Of a stretch of DNA of 27,342 bases, positions 1 to 7,852 are shown piece after piece. The translations under genes and the position numbers were made by a program. Under the pieces are notes generated by a model. It did not search any database, was not told where the DNA came from, and saw nothing but the letters and a program-made list of their open reading frames with translations. Within the stretch, counting starts at the first letter, position 1. Each line of letters begins with the position of its first letter. The DNA comes from Bermanella sp. (GTDB lineage Bacteria; Pseudomonadota; Gammaproteobacteria; Pseudomonadales; Oceanobacteraceae): contig JAWUXY010000031.1 of the NCBI GenBank assembly GCA_034111105.1, positions 1-27,342 on the forward strand, written 5' to 3'.

Positions 1-83
1 AGAATACCGTCTTTTCCAGTGAGGTCTTGACCTTCACGTAGGGCTTTAAGGGCGGCTTCCATATCGAATGTTGGTTTGGTCAT
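1..83 (-). mobile_element. 5' end (first ~27 codons) of an IS256/mutator-family transposase gene running off the left edge
   Basis: Reverse-strand ATG at 83-81 translates to MTKPTFDMEAALKALREGQDLTGKDGI. By eye this matches the conserved N-terminal ...ALKxLxxGxxLTGKDG(I/V)L... motif of IS256-family transposases. It is absent from the ORF track because the window edge cuts it. IS terminus and inverted repeat could not be identified. Confidence 0.5.
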
Positions 84-114
84 ATGTCATCTCTTTTTTA
101 GTGATTTTAAAGAA

Positions 115-312
115 ATGACACAGAATTTTGAACACTACCAACTTGATGTTTACGAATTAAATGAAATTGTCGGTATAGCACTTAAAGATGGTGTGGTAGA
201 TGATAATGAAAAACGTGTATTGGCCAGTATCATTGCAAGGTTAAATGCAGAAGAATTAGTCGGCGAGCTTGCAGACAAAGTGGCCGAATTAAGAGCCGAG
301 CACGGTTTTTAA
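115..312 (+). CDS. Small hypothetical protein (65 aa from the internal ATG), weakly TerB-like
   Basis: ORF track 76..312 begins at a TTG; the ATG at 115 gives MTQNFEHYQ.... The motif DGVVDDNEKRVLASII resembles the DGxxxxxEr.vL repeat of TerB-type domains (weak). A hairpin follows at 343-364. Confidence 0.4.
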   Translation: MTQNFEHYQLDVYELNEIVGIALKDGVVDDNEKRVLASIIARLNAEELVGELADKVAELRAEHGF

Positions 313-340
313 TCCTATTGTTTATCGAATAGTGGTTACA

Positions 341-364
341 AAAAAGCCAGCATTAGCTGGCTTT
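341..364. terminator. Hairpin between convergent genes, likely the terminator of yceF (minus) and possibly bidirectional
   Basis: Stem aaagccagc (343-351), loop atta, stem gctggcttt (356-364). The A-run 341-345 gives a T-run on the minus strand; only TTT follows on the plus strand. Confidence 0.5.
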
Positions 365-390
365 AAATTGAGTAGGGGTCAGTTGTGAGG

Positions 391-969
391 TTAAATCACA
401 TGTACTCCAAACTCATCCAACATTTTAATCAACTGAATTAAGGGTAAACCAATCAAAGTATTGGGATCATTACCTTCTAAGCGTTCAAACAAGCTAATAC
501 CTAAGCCCTCTGACTTAAAGCTGCCTGCGCAGTTGTAAGGCTCTTCTTTTTTTAGATAGTTTTCGATCTGCCCATCGGTTAATTCTTTAAAATAGACATA
601 GAAGGGCTCAACAGTCTCTTTGTATTGATTTGTGCCGGCATTGAATACACATAAACTCGTATAAAAAGTCACCGTGCGGCCGCTGGCATTTTTTAGTTGC
701 TCTATGGCACCTTCATGATTACCGGGCTTACCAATAATATGGCCATCTAAGGTGGCACATTGGTCACTGGCAATAATAATAGACTGTGGATGGCGCTGTG
801 CTATGGCTTGTGCTTTTGCTTTTGCTAAGCGGGCAACCATGTCTTTGGGTTGTTCATCTTTTAACGGGGTTTCGTCGATGTCAGGACTGTCACAATCGAA
901 GCTTAAATCCAGCTTTTCTAAGAGGGCTTTACGGTAAGGTGAGCTTGAGCCTAAAACTAAACGGGCCAT
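391..969 (-). CDS. yceF: Maf-like nucleoside triphosphate pyrophosphatase, YceF subfamily
   Basis: MARLVLGSSSPYRKALLEKLDLSFDCDSPDIDETP closely resembles the YceF/Maf N-terminus. I chose the internal ATG at 969 because the longer ORF (to 1035) would run through the sodB terminator hairpin. Confidence 0.85.
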   Translation of the reverse strand: MARLVLGSSSPYRKALLEKLDLSFDCDSPDIDETPLKDEQPKDMVARLAKAKAQAIAQRHPQSIIIASDQCATLDGHIIGKPGNHEGAIEQLKNASGRTVTFYTSLCVFNAGTNQYKETVEPFYVYFKELTDGQIENYLKKEEPYNCAGSFKSEGLGISLFERLEGNDPNTLIGLPLIQLIKMLDEFGVHVI

Positions 970-1017
970 AGGAATCTGCCAAAAATGAAATTTGGCTAAG
1001 TGTACGGGATTTTGAGC

Positions 1018-1044
1018 AAAAAAAAACAGGCCCAAAGGCCTGTT
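1018..1044 (-). terminator. Rho-independent terminator of sodB
   Basis: Stem aacaggcc (1025-1032), loop caaa, stem ggcctgtt (1037-1044). The A-run 1018-1026 reads as a T-run on the minus strand, immediately downstream of the sodB stop. Confidence 0.7.
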
Positions 1045-1068
1045 CTTCTTTTTAGACTGGGGTCTAAA

Positions 1069-1653
1069 TTACTTAGCCAAGTTTTCGTTCGCGAAGTCCC
1101 AGTTTACTAGCGCCCAGAAGCCTTTTAGGTAATCAGGACGTACATTGCGGTAATCAATGTAGTAAGCATGTTCCCAAAGGTCAACGGTCATAAGTGGCGT
1201 TAGGCCAGCTTCAGTGATTGGAGTTGCTGCATTAGACGTGTTTACGATGTCTAAAGAGCCGTCTGCTTTTTTAACTAACCAAGTCCAGCTAGAGCCGAAG
1301 TTGTTTACAGCAGAATCATTGAATTTAGCTTGGAATTCTTCAAAAGAACCAAATGCTGCGTTGATTGCATCTGCAATCGCGCCAGTAGGTGCGCCGCCGC
1401 CGTTAGGGCTTAGGCTGTTCCAGTAAAAAGTGTGGTTCCAGATTTGAGCAGCGTTGTTGAAAATGCCGCCAGAAGACGTTTTAACGATTTCTTCTAGAGA
1501 CTTGCTAGCAAGCTCAGTACCTTCAACTAGGCCATTTAGCTTAGTTACGTAGGTGTTGTGGTGTTTACCGTGGTGAAAATCAAGGGTCTCAGCGGAAATA
1601 TGTGGCTCTAAAGCATCTTTTGCATAAGGTAGTGCTGGTAGTTCGAACGCCAT
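1069..1653 (-). CDS. sodB: Fe-type superoxide dismutase
   Basis: Full-length 194 aa. [36 protein letters not shown] and [18 protein letters not shown] are canonical Fe/Mn-SOD motifs of the SodB type. Confidence 0.97.
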   Translation of the reverse strand: MAFELPALPYAKDALEPHISAETLDFHHGKHHNTYVTKLNGLVEGTELASKSLEEIVKTSSGGIFNNAAQIWNHTFYWNSLSPNGGGAPTGAIADAINAAFGSFEEFQAKFNDSAVNNFGSSWTWLVKKADGSLDIVNTSNAATPITEAGLTPLMTVDLWEHAYYIDYRNVRPDYLKGFWALVNWDFANENLAK

Positions 1654-1887
1654 GTTGGGCTCCCGTTATTATGGTTGGACTCTCATCATCAATACTTACG
1701 AGGTGTTATTCGTAAGTACCTAAAAATAGGTGAGTGAATAATAGCACTAGAACCACAGGCTTTCTATTGATCTGCTGGACTAATGAATTGCTCATTGTGA
1801 ACAAATTAACCAAAACAGTGACACTGACTTGCCAAATATCAACTAACTGCCACAATAGCCAAAATTCAAGATAATTTTATAGCCCTT

Positions 1888-2622
1888 ATGAATAAAGACA
1901 AAGAACCAGAACAGTTAGCATCCATAGCAATGAGCCGCGAAGAAATTGCGAGTCGTCAGCGTTCGACGGGTAAATTTAAAGCCCCCGCGTCCAGCGGTGG
2001 ATCGTCCGGTGCCTCAAAAGTCTTATGGGCATTATCGGTCTTTTCCCTGATTTTTTGTGTGGGTTTATTGGTCGAACTTTATAACGTAAAAAAACAGTCT
2101 GAATTACAATTACAGGCACTCACGATTTTACAAGATAAATTAACATCGACGGATGAGCAGGCAAACTTATCTGTGGATGCAGTGAAAATTTTACTTAGAG
2201 AGCAAGACCATGAAATAAGAAAATTATGGGACCTTGCCAATAAGCGTAACAAAGTTGATATCAGTAAAAATACAGGTCGTCTTACAGCGCAAAGTAAACT
2301 GATAACCAAGCAAAGCAGTAAAATGGATGCCCTTAATAAAAACGTAGCTCAACTAGAAAAAAATACAGCCAAACAAATTCAAACGGGTTTAAAACCGATC
2401 AGCGCAGAAATGGAACAAACAAAAACCAATGTCTTATTACTTGAGACAAAATTGGATTCAGGTTTATCAGGCTTACCAAAAAACATTAGCAAAACACTTG
2501 ATGAGCACGGTAAGGGCATCAAAGCAATGGATGCGACACGCTTGCAATTGATGCGTCGAATACAAGCACTTGAAAAAGAAATAAAATCACTTCAAACCCC
2601 CGCACCTGCTGCTCAGCCTTAA
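1888..2622 (+). CDS. Membrane-anchored coiled-coil protein, unknown function
   Basis: 244-aa ORF. It has a Ser/Gly-rich N-terminus, one hydrophobic helix (VLWALSVFSLIFCVGLLVELY), then a long heptad-like K/Q/E/L-rich region. A terminator follows. Confidence 0.6.
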   Translation: MNKDKEPEQLASIAMSREEIASRQRSTGKFKAPASSGGSSGASKVLWALSVFSLIFCVGLLVELYNVKKQSELQLQALTILQDKLTSTDEQANLSVDAVKILLREQDHEIRKLWDLANKRNKVDISKNTGRLTAQSKLITKQSSKMDALNKNVAQLEKNTAKQIQTGLKPISAEMEQTKTNVLLLETKLDSGLSGLPKNISKTLDEHGKGIKAMDATRLQLMRRIQALEKEIKSLQTPAPAAQP

Positions 2623-2638
2623 TTGAGCAGTATGAAAT

Positions 2639-2662
2639 AAAGCCCTAATAGGGCTTTTTTTG
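2639..2662 (+). terminator. Rho-independent terminator
   Basis: agccc (2641-2645), loop taata, gggct (2651-2655), followed by a T7 run. Confidence 0.7.
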
Positions 2663-2670
2663 GATTTAAT

Positions 2671-3570
2671 ATGCATATGTCTTTCGAAGATCAGTTAGCT
2701 CTGCCCTGTTATAGCGATTTTGATGAATTCTCACGTGTGGTTTTATCCTATGATAAAACCAAGAGTCTTGAGGCGGTATTAATGCTCGGATTACGTTGCT
2801 CTAATTTGTCTCAGGCATTTGCGTTAGCTTATCGTTGTGCTTTGCAATCTTTGTTGCCGCAATTAAATCAAAGCCAGTGGGCCGCTATGTGTGTCACCGA
2901 AAGCCAAGGTAATCATCCTAGAAATATCCAGGCTCATATTAATCAAGATGGCAGTGTCACTGGCGAAAAGAGTTTTGTCACCATGGCAGGCTTGGCCGAG
3001 CAGTTGTTAGTGATCGCTAAAGCACAGGGTGAGCAAAAAGATGATTTGCGCCCAGTATTAAAAGCCGTGTTAGTCGATTATCAGCAAGCAGGGGTAAGTG
3101 TTGCGCAAATGCCCGCCATGAAAATGTTGTCTGATATACCCCATGGCATATTAACGCTGAACAACGCTGCGTGCGATATTTTAACGGGTGATGGCTATTC
3201 GGATTACAGCAAACTTTTTAGAGTATTAGAAGATGCCCATATTTTAATGGCAGCCAGTAGTTTTATCTTAAATCAAGCGTATCGAGCAGGGCAGGTTGAT
3301 GTGGTGGCAAAAGCTTTGGCCATGGTTGGTTTACTTAATGGAATACCACTGGTATCAAATCCTTGGGTGCACTTGCAGCTTGCGCAGGGATTTGATCAGT
3401 TTTTACAGTTATGTGAGATGTTTGAGCAAGAACTCCCTAAATATAATGGGGCTGTTTCTGATGCGTGGTTTGTGGATAAAAAATTATTTTCGATTGCATC
3501 AGGTGCGCGAAAAATGCGCACAGAAAAGGCATTACACTGGGTAGCTGCTAAGTCTAGGGGCGAGGTGTAG
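2671..3570 (+). CDS. Hypothetical protein with degenerate acyl-CoA-dehydrogenase-like middle region
   Basis: 299-aa ORF. CVTESQGNHP...GSVTGEKSFVTMAGLAEQLLVIAK loosely resembles the ACAD middle-domain signature and the following G-x-K-x-F-I-T strand, but key signature residues differ. The functional call is weak. Confidence 0.5.
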   Translation: MHMSFEDQLALPCYSDFDEFSRVVLSYDKTKSLEAVLMLGLRCSNLSQAFALAYRCALQSLLPQLNQSQWAAMCVTESQGNHPRNIQAHINQDGSVTGEKSFVTMAGLAEQLLVIAKAQGEQKDDLRPVLKAVLVDYQQAGVSVAQMPAMKMLSDIPHGILTLNNAACDILTGDGYSDYSKLFRVLEDAHILMAASSFILNQAYRAGQVDVVAKALAMVGLLNGIPLVSNPWVHLQLAQGFDQFLQLCEMFEQELPKYNGAVSDAWFVDKKLFSIASGARKMRTEKALHWVAAKSRGEV

Positions 3571-3994
3571 AGACTAAACCGCCTTGGTTTATGACGCCAT
3601 TTGTATAATGGCTACCGTAGCTTGACTCATAATAGGTATTAACAGGAATATTATTTTGCACTTGTATGGTGGGGGCTCGGCGCTCTTCTAGCGTATTTTG
3701 ATTCTCTTTTAACGACAGAATCTCTTCTTCACGGGCATCGGGAATAAGTGCAGTCGTTTCTCCCTGCATATCTAAACGGGTTTCATCCAGCTCATTCAAG
3801 TCTAAGCGGTTTAGCTCAATGCTTTGTGCCGTGGTGCGCTTATAGCGATAAGTGCTGCTGTAGTCATAATGATGTGGGCGTTCTTTTGCTTGATTAACGG
3901 CATCAATTAAATCATTGGCATAATAATTATCCATAGGTTCAACGCCATTGCTGTTTATACTGATGAATATTAAAATAAATAATAACGTCTTCAT
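3554..3994 (-). CDS. Secreted hypothetical protein, paralog A of a tandem pair
   Basis: Signal peptide MKTLLFILIFISINSNG. Shares the YY(A/G)NDI...AK...Y.Y(K/N)RTT(A/S)QS module and the C-terminal STPRP with the neighbouring gene. Confidence 0.6.
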   Translation of the reverse strand: MKTLLFILIFISINSNGVEPMDNYYANDLIDAVNQAKERPHHYDYSSTYRYKRTTAQSIELNRLDLNELDETRLDMQGETTALIPDAREEEILSLKENQNTLEERRAPTIQVQNNIPVNTYYESSYGSHYTNGVINQGGLVSTPRP

Positions 3995-4032
3995 AAATAT
4001 CTATTCTTATTGTTTGGTTAGATGCTAAACAG

Positions 4033-4560
4033 CTACGGCCTTGGTGTGCTGGTAATTGTACCATTAGTGGTTAAGTTATTCGTTCTTACTGTATCGCCAC
4101 GAGGAAATTCGTGAAAAATTTCAGCTGTGAACTTTGCATTACTCTCTGGGATAGCTGGTGGGGCTTGTCGCGTTATTTGTGTTTTTTGATTCGGTTTTGT
4201 TTGCTCTAAATTCTTTTGCAAAGTTTGCGCTTGCGCGTCACCTGGAATATTGTCAGGCGTGCTGACTTTACCCGCGGCAGTAGGTTGCAGTGCGCCCTCT
4301 AGGCGTTCTTGTTCAAGTGCTTGGCTGCCAAGCTTAGGCAAATCAAATGACTGCGATGTAGTGCGGTTGTACCAATAACGATTGGCATAATTAACGTTCC
4401 GATCGTTTTGCTTTGCCTCTAAAATAGCGGCGTTAATGTCATTGCCATAATAATCTTCTCCCATACGAATGCTGTCTTCAGCCAAAGCAAAGGGAAGTAA
4501 TAAGCATATTGGGAAGAACAACACCAATATCTTGCCACTTTTGATTAAAATTCGTTCCAT
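4033..4560 (-). CDS. Secreted hypothetical protein, paralog B of a tandem pair
   Basis: The ORF track starts at a GTG (4581); the ATG at 4560 gives MERILIKSGKILVLFFPICLLLPFALAEDS, a signal peptide. Same conserved N-terminal module and C-terminal TSTPRP as paralog A. Confidence 0.6.
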   Translation of the reverse strand: MERILIKSGKILVLFFPICLLLPFALAEDSIRMGEDYYGNDINAAILEAKQNDRNVNYANRYWYNRTTSQSFDLPKLGSQALEQERLEGALQPTAAGKVSTPDNIPGDAQAQTLQKNLEQTKPNQKTQITRQAPPAIPESNAKFTAEIFHEFPRGDTVRTNNLTTNGTITSTPRP

Positions 4561-4672
4561 GATGTGAAATTCCAGTCGCACTTATTTTGTTATTTTTTGT
4601 AATTATGTCATCATACCGGAATATTTAAAGCGTGTTACCTCTTCGCTAGTAAGAGGCGCATAGAGTCTAAAA

Positions 4673-5368
4673 ATGATAAAAATAATAACGACCATTTTTG
4701 CAACACTCGTACTAATTTCTACGTCTGGCTGCTTACACATATACCAATCCATCGGACATAACTTTGGGGCTTATATCGCCACGGTTTCTGGTAAGGAGTA
4801 TTCCCAAGTGGGCAATCGCTGGGACTATGAAAACAAAGCCTTGTTGTATGTTTATCGTCCTAATAGCGAATGGGCTGCCGACGAAATTGAAGCGCCAAGC
4901 TTTTATTTAGAAGACGAGCGTGTCTTTAATATTCGCGCCAATGGTTACACTTGGTTTGAACTTGAACCGGGTGAATATGAAGTGGTCATGCGTCGTCCGT
5001 TAATGGGCTTAGAAGGGATTGCAACAGACAGCTTCGAATTTGACCTTAAGCGAATTGCTCAAATGAACTTAGCGGTTGAAGCCGATAAAGTATATTTTTT
5101 GCGTTACAGCGAAATTGACCCGCCACAACCCGAGCATCAAACCATAAAAGAAGACATCCCTTTAGGCGATGGCCCGCTCATGCTGGTATCAACAGAATTA
5201 GCCCATACCGAATTAGCGGTGACTCGTATGTTGCCAGAAGGAGGGCGTTTCATTAAATCGAAAGGCCCACTTAGTGAAGATGAGCTTGAAGAAGTGTTCG
5301 ATAGCCGTGTTATTGATTTAAGTAACGAAGAGCCAGAAGACACAAATACAATGAAATGGTGGTGGTAA
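4673..5368 (+). CDS. Lipoprotein, possibly DUF2846-like
   Basis: Lipobox LISTSGC after a hydrophobic leader. ALLYVYRPNS...NGYTWFELEPGEYEVVMR resembles the DUF2846 pattern (weak). Acidic C-terminal tail ending KWWW. Confidence 0.6.
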   Translation: MIKIITTIFATLVLISTSGCLHIYQSIGHNFGAYIATVSGKEYSQVGNRWDYENKALLYVYRPNSEWAADEIEAPSFYLEDERVFNIRANGYTWFELEPGEYEVVMRRPLMGLEGIATDSFEFDLKRIAQMNLAVEADKVYFLRYSEIDPPQPEHQTIKEDIPLGDGPLMLVSTELAHTELAVTRMLPEGGRFIKSKGPLSEDELEEVFDSRVIDLSNEEPEDTNTMKWWW

Positions 5369-5453
5369 TCGCTTCTGCGGTTACGTCATTTTAAGCCACC
5401 ATGCTACAATATCCCCACAACTATTATTAAATTGATTATTGAGAGACCCTGCC

Positions 5454-6968
5454 ATGACTGTGATCAAGCAAGAAGATCTGATCCAGAGTGTTGCTGATGC
5501 CCTTCAGTATATTTCGTACTATCACCCACTCGACTTCATTAAAGCAATGGAAGAAGCCTACGAGAAAGAAGAGAGCCAAGGCGCGAAAGATGCCATTGCT
5601 CAAATTCTAATCAACTCCCGTATGTGCGCCATGGGCCACCGCCCAATCTGTCAAGATACCGGTATTGTGACCGTATTTTTGACCATTGGCATGGATGTAA
5701 GATTTGAAGATGCCACCATGGATGTAGAAGCCATGGCCAATGAAGGCGTGCGCCGTGCTTACTTGCTGCCGGATAATATTTTACGTGCATCTGTATTAGC
5801 GGACCCTGATGGCAAACGCGAAAATACCAAAGACAACACACCAGCAGTTATTCATACCAAGTTAGTACAAGGTAATACGGTTGATGTACATGTGGCAGCC
5901 AAAGGCGGCGGCTCTGAAGCTAAGTCAAAATTTGCCATGTTGAATCCATCTGACTCAGTGGTTGATTGGGTATTAGAACAAATTCCTAAAATGGGTGCCG
6001 GTTGGTGTCCACCAGGTATGCTTGGCATCGGCATTGGCGGTACGGCTGAAAAAGCCATGATGATCGCCAAAGAAGCACTGCTTGAGCCAATCAATATCAA
6101 AGAGTTGCAAGCTCGTGGTGCGCAAAACCGTTCTGAAGAATTGCGCTTAGAATTATATGAAAAAGTAAATAAGCTCGGTATTGGCGCACAAGGTCTTGGC
6201 GGTTTAACCACTGTTTTAGATGTAAAGGTTGCTGACTACCCAACGCATGCTGCAAATAAGCCCGTGGCGATCATTCCAAACTGTGCAGCAACGCGTCATG
6301 CACATTTTGAACTAGATGGCTCAGGCCCGGCTCAATTAGAGGCGCCAAAACTAGAAGACTGGCCTGAAATCACGTGGGAAGTAGGCGAAAGCGTACGTCG
6401 TGTTAACTTAAACACCATTACCCGTGAAGAAATGAAAGAATGGAAGCCAGGCGAAACGATTTTATTGAATGGTAAAATGTTAACTGGGCGTGATGCGGCT
6501 CATAAACGCATGGTCGATATGATCGAAAAAGGCGAAGAGTTGCCAGTTGATCTTAAAAACCGTTTTATCTATTACGTAGGCCCAGTTGACCCTGTTCGTG
6601 ATGAAGTGGTGGGACCAGCTGGCCCAACGACTGCAACACGCATGGATAAGTTTACTCGTACGGTATTAGAAAAAACGGGCTTAATGGGCATGATTGGTAA
6701 AGCTGAGCGTGGCCAAATTGCGATCGATGCCATTAAAGACAATCAAGCGTCTTATTTAATGGCCGTTGGTGGTGCCGCCTACTTGGTATCACAAGCCATT
6801 AAAAACGCCGAAGTGGTTGGTTTTGCAGACCTAGGTATGGAAGCCATTTACGAATTTGACGTAGTGGATATGCCCGTAACGGTTGCCGTTGATGTGAACG
6901 GTACGTCTGTTCATAAAACAGGGCCGCAAGAGTGGTATGCAAAAATTAATGCGAAAGAAGTGAGCTAA
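5454..6968 (+). CDS. fumA: Class I (Fe-S dependent) fumarate hydratase, single-chain alpha/beta type
   Basis: About 504 aa from the ATG at 5454 (the track starts at an upstream TTG). It carries the CQDTGIV Fe-S hydro-lyase motif, GGGSEAKSKF, and the C-terminal beta-domain LLNGKMLTGRDAAHKR...GPTTATRMD. Confidence 0.93.
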   Translation: MTVIKQEDLIQSVADALQYISYYHPLDFIKAMEEAYEKEESQGAKDAIAQILINSRMCAMGHRPICQDTGIVTVFLTIGMDVRFEDATMDVEAMANEGVRRAYLLPDNILRASVLADPDGKRENTKDNTPAVIHTKLVQGNTVDVHVAAKGGGSEAKSKFAMLNPSDSVVDWVLEQIPKMGAGWCPPGMLGIGIGGTAEKAMMIAKEALLEPINIKELQARGAQNRSEELRLELYEKVNKLGIGAQGLGGLTTVLDVKVADYPTHAANKPVAIIPNCAATRHAHFELDGSGPAQLEAPKLEDWPEITWEVGESVRRVNLNTITREEMKEWKPGETILLNGKMLTGRDAAHKRMVDMIEKGEELPVDLKNRFIYYVGPVDPVRDEVVGPAGPTTATRMDKFTRTVLEKTGLMGMIGKAERGQIAIDAIKDNQASYLMAVGGAAYLVSQAIKNAEVVGFADLGMEAIYEFDVVDMPVTVAVDVNGTSVHKTGPQEWYAKINAKEVS

Positions 6969-6990
6969 ACTTTACTGACATCGTATCAAG

Positions 6991-7014
6991 AAAGGGGCTT
7001 ACGCCCCTTTTTTA
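6991..7014 (+). terminator. Rho-independent terminator of the fumarate hydratase gene
   Basis: aaaggggc (6991-6998), loop ttac, gccccttt (7003-7010), followed by a T-run. Confidence 0.75.
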
Positions 7015-7043
7015 TTGGGCATTTAAAATCCAAGGAGCAAAAG

Positions 7044-7379
7044 ATGTTAGCGCAAGAAAGTTGTGAAGCGTGTCGTGCGGATGCGCCAAACGTGACGGAT
7101 ATTGAATTAACCGATTTTATGCCGGCCATACCTGAATGGCTTAATATAAATGAAGAAAGCGTTGCGAAGTTGCGCCGTAGCTTTGCTTTTAAAAGCTACA
7201 AGCAAGCGCTTAGTTTTACCAATGATCTGGCTTATTTAGCCGAGCAAGAAGATCATCATCCCGATATTTTATTACAATGGGGGAAAGTAACCGTTACATG
7301 GTGGACGCATAAAATTAATGGGTTACACAAAAACGATTTTATCATGGCTGCCAGAACAGACGCATTATACAAACATTAA
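7044..7379 (+). CDS. phhB: Pterin-4-alpha-carbinolamine dehydratase
   Basis: 111 aa. [42 protein letters not shown] is the PCD/DCoH family signature. Confidence 0.93.
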   Translation: MLAQESCEACRADAPNVTDIELTDFMPAIPEWLNINEESVAKLRRSFAFKSYKQALSFTNDLAYLAEQEDHHPDILLQWGKVTVTWWTHKINGLHKNDFIMAARTDALYKH

Positions 7380-7714
7380 CGGCTGAGTCTTAATGTATCG
7401 ACTTTAAGTACTCGACCTTCACAGTCGCTTGTGATTACGGTGAGTGACAGACCACTTTTAAGTGCTTCAAGCGCCATTAAAAAGCGTCTTTGCGCGACCG
7501 TGTCATACTCACTGTATACGCGATAAACATTAGATGGCTTACCGCCACAGTTGTGTATCTTATTAGCCGAATGAATATCAAACGGCGCTTCTTCATCATC
7601 GACTCTTTGTTCTAAGCCGCTCACTGACAAGCCTTCTACTGCACGTTCATTTCCCCGAGCATTGGTCATAAAAGCGCAGACGCAGAGAATAATCATTAGT
7701 CGATGTAAAAACAT
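7376..7714 (-). CDS. Small secreted hypothetical protein
   Basis: 112-aa ORF with signal peptide [21 protein letters not shown] and two Cys in the mature part. Divergent from the five-gene operon; 4-nt convergent overlap with phhB. Confidence 0.5.
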   Translation of the reverse strand: MFLHRLMIILCVCAFMTNARGNERAVEGLSVSGLEQRVDDEEAPFDIHSANKIHNCGGKPSNVYRVYSEYDTVAQRRFLMALEALKSGLSLTVITSDCEGRVLKVDTLRLSR

Positions 7715-7852
7715 TGTTGTCCTAATTTCAAGTCATCTTATCCTTATCTAAGTATCGACGTAAAAGCTGAAAACTAAAGGATTTTAACAACTAAACATAG
7801 CGTGTACTCATGCTTGAGCTATGCTTTGTAATTGAGTGTATGGCGAAAATGG

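Noticed and set aside
970-1035. 22-codon N-terminal extension of the Maf/YceF gene.
   Set aside because: It would be translated through the sodB terminator hairpin and A-run. The family N-terminus (M..LVLGSSSPYR) begins at the ATG at 969.
1782-1796. Fur-box-like inverted repeat aatga-attgc-tcatt in the sodB upstream region.
   Set aside because: The half-site spacing differs from the 19-bp Fur consensus (5-nt versus 3-nt centre), and only 5 bp per arm match. That is too weak to call.
5320-5368. Unusual acidic tail ending KWWW on the 4673-5368 lipoprotein.
   Set aside because: It is a curiosity only, and I know of no motif or function tied to a C-terminal Trp triplet. I kept it as a note on the feature rather than a finding.
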